From a virus (lineage: Duplodnaviria; Caudoviricetes): a stretch of 53,784 nt of DNA. The position numbers and the translations under genes were made by a program. The notes under the pieces are model-generated. The model did no database searches and was not told the DNA's origin. It saw only the letters and a list, made by a program, of their open reading frames with translations. The first letter of the stretch is position 1, and every line of letters starts with the position of its first letter. Where the stretch lies: positions 1 through 53,784 of the IMG/VR virus record IMGVR_UViG_3300021446_000141; one strand, 5' to 3'. Below are positions 8,999 through 16,765 of this stretch, one piece after another.

Positions 8999-9139
8999 AT
9001 GACACCGAACGCTACCGAGTACCCTGGGAAAACGGTGCACTGTCCGGGCGAACCATGCGACGAGTGCGAGTGTGAATACTTTGACATCGGGCGCGAGGCA
9101 GCTATCTGTATCGACTGTCACAAAGAATATTGGCCCTGA
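8999..9139 (+). CDS. Zn-finger microprotein (46 aa)
   Basis: CDEC...CIDC. Confidence 0.65.
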   Translation: MTPNATEYPGKTVHCPGEPCDECECEYFDIGREAAICIDCHKEYWP

Positions 9140-9308
9140 TATGTAAGGTGGAGCCGGACCTGTCAATTCGTTCTATACCGTACCCTTGCGGAACTACACG
9201 GCTCGGTTTCATCTGACATGTATCCCGTGCGGCTCCAAAGGTGTCGTGTACCTGCAACTATCCGGTGCGATTCAAAGGGTTTAAGTACTACCGGTGCCAT
9301 GTATGAGT

Positions 9309-9893
9309 ATGGACGGAACCCACCCGTTCGACCCGACCGAGGTAACGACCGACGAATTGGCGCACACCATCGGTGCCGAATATGTCAACTGTTCATTTCA
9401 AAGCGAACAGTCGGAATTGACACAAGAATCGTACCGTAACATCGCGCGCATTAACGGCGGAAAGTTCGCCTCGCTTATGTCCGAGGTTGACGTGGTGTTT
9501 ACCGAGGACGACCCATACGCCAGCTATCAGGACATGAAAGAGAAGGTAGAGGAAACCGATACCCTCAAAGTGTTCTCCGGTGGCACCCACCCGGACCCTC
9601 GTTTCATGACGGAAACCGAAAACGTCATCGGAAGGGCCGTACACGACTACTACGGTCACCTTTCGGCCGACGTGAACTTTTCCTTTGAAGGTGAGTTCCG
9701 TAAGTGGCAACATGTAAAAGACGATTACTTCCCGCGCGACCGGGAGGTGCTCTTTGCGGAGGTAGTGGGTCAACTTTCGGCCGCAAAGTTTCTCGACGGT
9801 GGGTTTGCCGACCCCCGGTTTGAACAGCGTGAGATTCGTGCGCCCCAGCGGTGGATTGATTGGACGAAAGAACATATCGCTGCTAAAGAATAA
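9309..9893 (+). CDS. hypothetical protein with RAVHDxxGH putative metal-binding motif
   Basis: ENVIGRAVHDYYGH...FSFEGE...AEVVGQ. Confidence 0.8.
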   Translation: MDGTHPFDPTEVTTDELAHTIGAEYVNCSFQSEQSELTQESYRNIARINGGKFASLMSEVDVVFTEDDPYASYQDMKEKVEETDTLKVFSGGTHPDPRFMTETENVIGRAVHDYYGHLSADVNFSFEGEFRKWQHVKDDYFPRDREVLFAEVVGQLSAAKFLDGGFADPRFEQREIRAPQRWIDWTKEHIAAKE

Positions 9894-9894
9894 C

Positions 9895-10029
9895 ATGGCT
9901 ACATATAAATGTCCCTCGTGTGAAAGTAAAGGTGTGGCGACTGATCGGGAAACTGATAAGTTTCTGTCGTGTGAGACCCCCACGGACGAATGTGAGGTTC
10001 TTCTTTTCGGGCGTGAGGAGGCCGTCTGA
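9895..10029 (+). CDS. Zn-finger microprotein (44 aa)
   Basis: MATYKCPSC...C......C. Confidence 0.65.
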   Translation: MATYKCPSCESKGVATDRETDKFLSCETPTDECEVLLFGREEAV

Positions 10030-10149
10030 AAGACCTGTCAGATCGTTCTACACCGTGCTGTTGCGGAAGCACACGGCATAGATTCGACTGACACTTTCCC
10101 GTTCCGATTCAAAGGGTTTAAGTGCCACCCGCACCTTTCCCTAATCGGT

Positions 10150-10569
10150 ATGGTAGACATTACCGCCACCGTCGAACTCGCAAAGTTCCGAACCACCAGC
10201 GACCGCTCCTCGGTCACAAATTCGGAGGGTTCGCTCAAAAGGCAGCAGAATTACGAGGCAGAATTGGAGATTCTGCTCGAACCCCACCCGAATTTGGACG
10301 CATACGACCCCGCCGTCGAAGGCGAACTTTCGTGTGTCGCACAACTGATAGAATCATACGCAGGCGGTCTCGACGACAACGAAGAACTCGTGTCAGTCGA
10401 AGACTACAAGATGCACGGGAGTTATGACCAGTGGATCGAGCAGGCCGAAGCCTTCGCGTCCGAACGGCCTGACATGTCAGTCGACGAGGCTCTCACGGAA
10501 TTTGGTCGGTGGTCGTGTACCGATGGGAGAAGGCTCGCGCAGGTATCGCTCGAACACAGGCAAGCATAG
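10150..10569 (+). CDS. hypothetical protein
   Basis: Leaderless gene behind dyad plus promoter; followed by a long T tract at ~10581-10590. Confidence 0.8.
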   Translation: MVDITATVELAKFRTTSDRSSVTNSEGSLKRQQNYEAELEILLEPHPNLDAYDPAVEGELSCVAQLIESYAGGLDDNEELVSVEDYKMHGSYDQWIEQAEAFASERPDMSVDEALTEFGRWSCTDGRRLAQVSLEHRQA

Positions 10570-10711
10570 TAACGCAGACATTTTTTTTTTGCGGAATAGA
10601 TGTGTCAATTCGTTCGTAGCGGTGCCTTTGCGGAAGCACACGGCTTAGATTGGCCTGACATGAACAAGTGCAAACCAAAGGGGTTAAGTACTACCGTACC
10701 CATGTACGAGT

Positions 10712-11047
10712 ATGGTACCGAACACTGCCACCGAACCCGAACGAAGTACCCCCGACACGACCGTCGAGATTCACAATATCTCGGAGGTACCCGAACGCGA
10801 AAAAATCTTGGTCCACTTCACGGTGCGCGACTACGACACTTACGAGTGGATCGGCGACTTCTTCGTTCGTTACACCGAGCGTGACGGGACCTACCACAAC
10901 TTCGGATACTCGGGGTTCCGACACGGCAGCGGCCTGTACATCGAACACCGCCCGTCCGGCGGAATCTTGGAACACTGTACGGACCTTCTCGAAGACGAGG
11001 GATACGACGCGATGCAAGGGTTCCGATCGGGGATCGACAAGAGGTGA
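10712..11047 (+). CDS. hypothetical protein
   Basis: Leaderless gene behind dyad plus promoter. Confidence 0.8.
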   Translation: MVPNTATEPERSTPDTTVEIHNISEVPEREKILVHFTVRDYDTYEWIGDFFVRYTERDGTYHNFGYSGFRHGSGLYIEHRPSGGILEHCTDLLEDEGYDAMQGFRSGIDKR

Positions 11048-11053
11048 TTAGTT

Positions 11054-11155
11054 ATGGGTAAATATGCCGAGTGCCACCGATGTGGCTCCGAATACGACCC
11101 GACAGAGTACTACACCTGCCCGTACTGTGTGCCCGAATGGCAGCGTAACCGGTAG
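11054..11155 (+). CDS. Zn-finger microprotein (33 aa)
   Basis: GAGGTGA SD-like sequence; MGKYAECHRCG...CPYC. Confidence 0.65.
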   Translation: MGKYAECHRCGSEYDPTEYYTCPYCVPEWQRNR

Positions 11156-11273
11156 GGCCGGACCTGTTAGTTTTTTCGGAACCGTGCCGTTGCGGAGCTA
11201 CACGGCATAGATTTAATTGACATGAACCAATGCAAACCGACAGGTTTAACTCCCACCGCACCCATGTACCTGC

Positions 11274-11501
11274 ATGGGCATGATCCCCATCTGCGACGGC
11301 TGCGGTGTACGCATGGACGGAAACCGACCGGTCGCCGACACGAACCGTTCGGGCCACTGGTGCGCCCAGTGTGCCGGGACCGAACCCGACGACCGCGAAC
11401 GGGTAGAGGTGCCGGGGGACCTCGGTCGGCCGGGTGCCCCCGACGGCGAGGTGTCGGTGTTCAGGGGCGAACGTTGCGGCCGACGGAGGGCCGACTATTG
11501 A
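11274..11501 (+). CDS. Zn-finger small protein
   Basis: CDGCG...CAQC; behind dyad plus promoter. Confidence 0.7.
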   Translation: MGMIPICDGCGVRMDGNRPVADTNRSGHWCAQCAGTEPDDRERVEVPGDLGRPGAPDGEVSVFRGERCGRRRADY

Positions 11502-11611
11502 GCGACAACTGGCACTGTTCGTGTGACAACCCGGACGTGGTGTTCCCATACGCGGGAACCCTTGCGGAAGGAACCGCACCCCTGTGTGAAAACTGTGGAG
11601 AACTGATCTGA
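11498..11611 (+). CDS. Zn-finger microprotein (37 aa)
   Basis: TTGA overlap, GGAGG upstream; CSC...CENCG. Confidence 0.55.
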   Translation: MSDNWHCSCDNPDVVFPYAGTLAEGTAPLCENCGELI

Positions 11612-11730
11612 AAGAAACACCTGTCAATTTTTTCGGGACCGTGCCGCTGCGGAGGCACACGGCTCAGTGTGGTCTGACATGAATCAGTACAAACCGAAGG
11701 GGTTAAGTCCCACCGCACCCATGTACGTGT

Positions 11731-11850
11731 ATGGCACAGATGACCATCGAGTGCGACGAGTGTGGCTTCCTCGTGAACCCAGCAAAGGAGGTACGGTGCC
11801 CGTGCGGGCATACCGACCTCGATCCCGGCGCACCCGGAGGGGTTCCATGA
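11731..11850 (+). CDS. Zn-finger microprotein (39 aa)
   Basis: MAQMTIECDECG...CPCG; behind dyad plus promoter. Confidence 0.7.
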   Translation: MAQMTIECDECGFLVNPAKEVRCPCGHTDLDPGAPGGVP

Positions 11851-12026
11851 GTGACCTCAACTGTACCGAGTGCGGTATGACCGCCTCGTATGCGGACGCA
11901 AACATCGCCGATCTGCGCCGATCGTGCGGGGAGGGCAACGACGGCGTGCCTTCCGAGACCGAGACAGCGGGCGGGTCCGTCCGATACGTGTACAGTGGAA
12001 GCAAACACGACTGGATAGAGACCTGA
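11847..12026 (+). CDS. Cys-containing microprotein (59 aa)
   Basis: ATGA overlap; CTECG. Confidence 0.65.
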   Translation: MSDLNCTECGMTASYADANIADLRRSCGEGNDGVPSETETAGGSVRYVYSGSKHDWIET

Positions 12027-12144
12027 AAGGATAGCTGTCAATTTTTTCGGTACCGTGCCCTTCCGGAGGCACACGGCTCGATCTGTCCTGACACTTCTCA
12101 GTGCGATTCAAAGGGTTTAAGTGCCACCGTACCCATGTACGAGT

Positions 12145-12420
12145 ATGGCACAACAATGCCACCACGAGCGAATGGAGTTCCCGCACCTGAAAGAAGCACT
12201 CGACATGTTCGGGGACGAAAAGGACGCGTTGAAGCGGAAGGGGAGGGGTACCCTCCTCATGAGAGAGGTGTGCCCTGACTGTGGGTTCGACCGTGCGGAG
12301 GCAACGGTGCATGGGTTTTGGGTCGGGGAGTCCGTTTCGTGCCTGAACTGCTCGGAACGGTTCGAGGCGTCCGACTTTCCCGACAGAGAGGAACTGGAAG
12401 AATTAGAGGTTGACAGGTAG
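12145..12420 (+). CDS. CPxCG Zn-ribbon protein
   Basis: CPDCG...CLNC; behind dyad plus promoter. Confidence 0.75.
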   Translation: MAQQCHHERMEFPHLKEALDMFGDEKDALKRKGRGTLLMREVCPDCGFDRAEATVHGFWVGESVSCLNCSERFEASDFPDREELEELEVDR

Positions 12421-12847
12421 AGCCTGACCTGTCAGATCGTTCTTTACCGTACGGTTGCGGAAGCACACGGCTCAGATTCAATTGACACTAACCCCCGTGC
12501 GGTGATACGAGAGGCCGGAGGCCTCTCGGCATGACGAGAGAGCTTCGCTCTCTCGAACCACTGCACATGTAAGGTGGTGCTGCAAAAGTATCGTGCCGCT
12601 GCAACTATACTACCAGCCGGGGACCGATTCGGGTTCGTTCCACACCTTGTCACACATCGGACACCTCCAGGTGTGGTAGTACTCGGTCGGTGGGTCGTCT
12701 ATCACCTCGCCGGTTGCACCACACTCGGTGCATCGGTCGGTCTCGAACGTCGGGATATGGTCGAGCGCCATACCCACCCTTGTGGCCCGATCCCTATAAA
12801 TCCCCCAGAAACGGAGGGTTTAAGTTTACGGGGTGATGTGTGGGGGT

Positions 12848-13429
12848 ATGGCCCGAACGATTACGGCCGACGAACGGGAAACGTTCGACCGCATCGCTGG
12901 CGAGATTTACCAGCACGAACACCTCAATATGAAGGAAATCGCGGACATGGATACGGCCGGATTCGAGCGGCTCGGGACCGGACTTGCCCGTGTGGTGTTC
13001 GACCTCGAAGACGGCTACGTCCTGAAATGTGCAACGAGGATCGACTGGGACAAACACTGTCCGATGGAAGGTGGTTCCGGTATCGTCCAGAACCGGAACG
13101 AGGTTCGTCGCCACGAGGACATGGATCGTGACGACCTGCCGGATTGGTTCGCACAGGTAGAAGGTCACCACGAAAAATATTTGTGGATCGTACAGGAAAA
13201 AGTCACTGAAGGAGGTGTTACCACGGCCAAAATTCAGGAGATGAAGTCCGACCTGTCAGATATGTCAGGAATTGTGGTGTTCGACCTCCACTGTGGAAAC
13301 GTTGGTACGACCGAGAACGGTGATAAAATAATCGACTACGGTTGGTGGGAAACAATTGACTGTCAACGTGACTACGAGTCGATAGTTGAAGACACGCGAC
13401 AGTTCGTTCAGGAAACATTAGGCGTCTGA
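12848..13429 (+). CDS. minimal protein-kinase-like enzyme, paralog 1
   Basis: LGTGLARVV (Gly loop), VLK, NE, DLHCGNVG (catalytic loop), IIDYG. Confidence 0.8.
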   Translation: MARTITADERETFDRIAGEIYQHEHLNMKEIADMDTAGFERLGTGLARVVFDLEDGYVLKCATRIDWDKHCPMEGGSGIVQNRNEVRRHEDMDRDDLPDWFAQVEGHHEKYLWIVQEKVTEGGVTTAKIQEMKSDLSDMSGIVVFDLHCGNVGTTENGDKIIDYGWWETIDCQRDYESIVEDTRQFVQETLGV

Positions 13430-13548
13430 CAGAAAAAATGTCAGATCGTTCTATACCGTGCCTTTGCGGAGACACACGGCTTAGATTCGGCTGACACTTC
13501 TTCGGTCGAAATCGAAGGGGTTAAGTGGTACCGTATCCAAGTAGGGGT

Positions 13549-13779
13549 ATGGCACACAAGCCATCCCACCGAGCGCAGAAACGGGCCGTCGAACTAAGTC
13601 GCTCTCCGTTCGTGAAAACGGCGGAAGTGCGCGAAGACTCGCCAGGTCGGGCCCGGATCGTGGTGCGGGCGACCGACTTCGGCGGAAAGGTCACGGACGC
13701 GATCAACTACGGCGAGTGGAGCCTCTCGACCCTTTCGGGGGTCGAACCCGACGGTACGATCAAGTTCGAGCTGTTGTGA
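13549..13779 (+). CDS. hypothetical protein
   Basis: Leaderless gene behind dyad plus promoter. Confidence 0.75.
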   Translation: MAHKPSHRAQKRAVELSRSPFVKTAEVREDSPGRARIVVRATDFGGKVTDAINYGEWSLSTLSGVEPDGTIKFELL

Positions 13780-13917
13780 AATAAACGATTATTTTTTGTG
13801 GGTAGACGTGTTAGATCTTTCGTAGCGGTGCATTTGCGGAAGCACACGGCGTCGTGAGGTTTGACATGAACCAGTACAAAACGAAGGGATTAAGTACCCC
13901 CGCACTCATGTACTGGT

Positions 13918-14136
13918 ATGGCACAAGATGCCACCCCGCAGTGGGAAAAGCTGACCGAAGCGTTCGAGGACAGTCCTGCGTGCGCTACGTGCGCTCGTAA
14001 GGAAAAGGCCTCTCAGGGTATCTGTAAGTGCCCTGAGTGCGATGAAGTCATTACGGACGGGTCGACCGCCAACATGGTGTCGTTGCTGCACACCCACCTG
14101 AACGAGGCACACCCGGAGGTCGCGTACAGGTACTGA
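13918..14136 (+). CDS. Zn-finger small protein
   Basis: CATC, CPEC...HxxxxH. Confidence 0.75.
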   Translation: MAQDATPQWEKLTEAFEDSPACATCARKEKASQGICKCPECDEVITDGSTANMVSLLHTHLNEAHPEVAYRY

Positions 14137-14293
14137 TGTACCTGTAAACTTGTTGACGTTGCTGCAAACGCTCGTGTCGCACCTGTCAATTACGCCGAAG
14201 CGGTGCTCTTGCGGAAACACACGGCTCCGTACGGTCTGACACATCTCCAGTGCAAAACGACAAGTTTAACTACCCCCGGCACCGTGTCACGGT

Positions 14294-14881
14294 ATGGCGC
14301 GAGAAGTTACTGCCGACGAACGCGCGACGTTCGACCGCATCGCTGCCGAGGTCTATTCCAAGGCAGCTAACACGTTGGTGTCCGAATACGAGGAGATCGA
14401 CATGAACGGGTTCGACCTCCTCGGCGGAGGGGTGGGCCGGCTGGTACTCGACCTCGGCGATGGGTACGTCCTCAAGTGTGCCACGAAAACCAACTGGGAG
14501 GCAGATGTGGTCGCAAAGGCCTCCAGCGGTCTGGTTCAAAACCGTAACGAGGTCCGGCGCGACGAGGACATAGATCATGAGGACCTGCCCGATTGGTTCG
14601 CACGGGTGGAGGACCACCACGAACAGTACCTTTGGACCGTACAGGAAAAGGCCGAACCCGGCGGGGTTCCTGCCGACCGAATCGTGGACATGGAGATGAA
14701 ACTCAATGACATGACAGACGACCTATGTATCTTCGACCTCCACAACGACAACGTGGGTCGGTTGAATGACGGTAGCGTGATAATTGACTACGGTTGGTGG
14801 GAACGCGTGGACGAGGATCGTGACTACTCGGCGATAGTTGAGACTGCACGACACTTCGTGGAAGGTATGTTGGGCGTCTGA
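14294..14881 (+). CDS. minimal protein-kinase-like enzyme, paralog 2
   Basis: LGGGVGRLV, VLK, DLHNDNVG, IIDYG; colinear with 12848-13429. Confidence 0.8.
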   Translation: MAREVTADERATFDRIAAEVYSKAANTLVSEYEEIDMNGFDLLGGGVGRLVLDLGDGYVLKCATKTNWEADVVAKASSGLVQNRNEVRRDEDIDHEDLPDWFARVEDHHEQYLWTVQEKAEPGGVPADRIVDMEMKLNDMTDDLCIFDLHNDNVGRLNDGSVIIDYGWWERVDEDRDYSAIVETARHFVEGMLGV

Positions 14882-15023
14882 CACGCACCCGGCCCGTGTG
14901 GCCGGACGTGTCAGATCGTTCTACACCGTGCTCTTGTGCAACCGTACCGCTTAGATCGAGTTGACATGATACCCGTACGGCCGAAAACGATGGGTTTATC
15001 CGTACGGGGTGTGTTGTGTTGGT

Positions 15024-15395
15024 ATGGAGCACACCACTCCAACCGACGCGATCGAATCGGGCGACCGAATCGTTGCGAACGACTCCGCCGAAATGGTCCG
15101 ATCGGGCCTTCTCGGTACCGTCAAGGGTATCCTGCCCGAGCAGGGAGAGGCCAAGTACGGGGTCGTCGAGTTTGAGTCCGGCGACACGAAGACCCTCGCA
15201 CTGCCCCTGCTGACCCCCGCGTCCGAATACGACGGCCACCTGTTGATCGACGCTGCACGTGATCACGCGACGCGGGTCGAGACCGGGTGCGACAAGTGTC
15301 CCGTGTGTGAGGCGACCACGCGCCACGTCGGGTCCCACCGATACATCGAAGGGTTTGAGGTGTGCGCGGGTTGTGACAAAGAGTTCGCGCCCTGA
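15024..15395 (+). CDS. SH3/KOW-like plus Zn-finger protein
   Basis: IESGDRIV...GTVKG...VEF; CPVC...CAGC. Confidence 0.7.
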   Translation: MEHTTPTDAIESGDRIVANDSAEMVRSGLLGTVKGILPEQGEAKYGVVEFESGDTKTLALPLLTPASEYDGHLLIDAARDHATRVETGCDKCPVCEATTRHVGSHRYIEGFEVCAGCDKEFAP

Positions 15396-15587
15396 ACGGA
15401 AGTAGGGGCCTTCCGGCCGATCTGTCAATTCTTTTTTCCACCGTGCCCTTGCGGAAGCACACGGCATAGATTGAATTGACATATATTCCCTGTGGCTGGA
15501 CAAGTAGGGGTGTTGCTGCACGGGTATCGTGTACCTGCAAAAGTATCGTGCCGCTGCAAAGAACAGGTGTTGCTGCACCCGTCCGTT

Positions 15588-15773
15588 CTATTCCCAGTCG
15601 CCCAAGTTGACAACAGTTTGTTCGTTTCGCGCCTCGACCACTTTGTTCCGGTGCTGATCAGTCAGGGTCAGGTGACCGGTCTCCCTGCTGGCGAACGCGA
15701 GCATTTCAGGCTCACGGGGGAGGTGGTCGTCGGGATCGGCCGCGTCGAACTCGGTGGGGGTCTGGTACACCAT
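15588..15773 (-). CDS. small hypothetical protein
   Basis: Behind the inverted dyad (15815-15872) plus GGGTTTAAGT on the minus strand. Confidence 0.75.
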   Translation of the reverse strand: MVYQTPTEFDAADPDDHLPREPEMLAFASRETGHLTLTDQHRNKVVEARNEQTVVNLGDWE

Positions 15774-15911
15774 ACCCGTACATGGATGCGGTGGGACTTA
15801 AACCCATCGTTTCGTGTCAGGCAGTTTTCGGCCGTACACATCCGCAAACGCACCGCGACGAACGAGTTGACAGGTTCTGACCGCAAAAAAAAATTACAGC
15901 AAGCCGTTGTG

Positions 15912-16142
15912 TCAGCAGCGGTACAGTTCGATGTAACCGTCACCCAGTTTGCCCACAACGAACTCGGTACCCTCGATGATGTCAGAGATCCGGAAGTCCA
16001 CGAACCCACCGTGGTACCTGATCCGGTCCCGTGCGCTGTTGCCCTTCTTTTCCTGATGTTTGTAGACCGCCCTCCGGTCGTCGTCGGACTGGTTGATCGT
16101 GCGAACCTTGTCGATCACTTCAGCATGGGTCATGTCTCCCAT
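15912..16142 (-). CDS. small hypothetical protein
   Basis: Minus-strand CGAAGGGTTTAAG at leaderless spacing; T tract after the stop. Confidence 0.7.
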   Translation of the reverse strand: MGDMTHAEVIDKVRTINQSDDDRRAVYKHQEKKGNSARDRIRYHGGFVDFRISDIIEGTEFVVGKLGDGYIELYRC

Positions 16143-16765
16143 ACAGGTAGGTGGCACCGCTACCCCTTAAACCCTTCGTAAATACAGGGTTCCTCGGCCT
16201 AAAATTAACTGTTTGGGCCAGAATTCGTGGTTTGCAGCCTAAAATTCGTGGTTTGGCCGACCGAAATTTGTCGTTAGCGCGCGCCGGAATCCATAATGGT
16301 TCTACACGGCCGTTGTGACCGGATGTTGACACGTGTAGAACCATGAGAGTTGAGATCGAGACCTACATGATCGTTCATGCAGGACCGGAGACGCACGGCG
16401 CGCGCACAATTGACATACCCCCCAAAGATATTTTATCGATCCGCAAAAGCATTTTTCGGCCATACCAGATAGATTTGCCGTAGGAGAAAAAATTCGGCCA
16501 AAGCAGGCATATGCAGGCAACACCTTTATACGTATCAACCCTCCATATTCGGTATCAAGTAGGAAAGATTCATTGTAAGCCCTTACCCGCGTGGGTGGTT
16601 TCGCGCGGGCTACGGTATCCAGCCAATGAGTCCCCGCGTTCGGCGCGTTGCGGTCCGAGCGTGACGGGATAACGGCGAAAAGCGCGTAGTCCACACTAAA
16701 CCGTGGAGTATTGACCCGACCCATGCCGGAGCGAATGAACAAGACTGGGATAAACAGGGAGAACC

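Larger units (their letters stand above)
7896..15872. repeat. 15 dispersed copies of a 58-59-bp dyad TGTCA-N12-CCGTG-N14-CACGG-N12-TGACA
   Basis: Starts at 7896, 8374, 9161, 10036, 10603, 11165, 11622, 12036, 12430, 13439, 13809, 14184, 14909, 15423 (+) and 15815 (inverted). All are intergenic; the central TTGCGGA gives polarity. Confidence 0.95.

Noticed and set aside
8995-9139. Possible stop readthrough or frameshift after 8997
   Set aside because: A proper ATG at 8999 gives an intact Zn-finger ORF.
7896-15872. CRISPR array or canonical attC sites
   Set aside because: Units are separated by whole genes of variable length, the arms cannot form a continuous hairpin, GTTRRRY cores are not consistent, and no cas or integrase gene is in the window.
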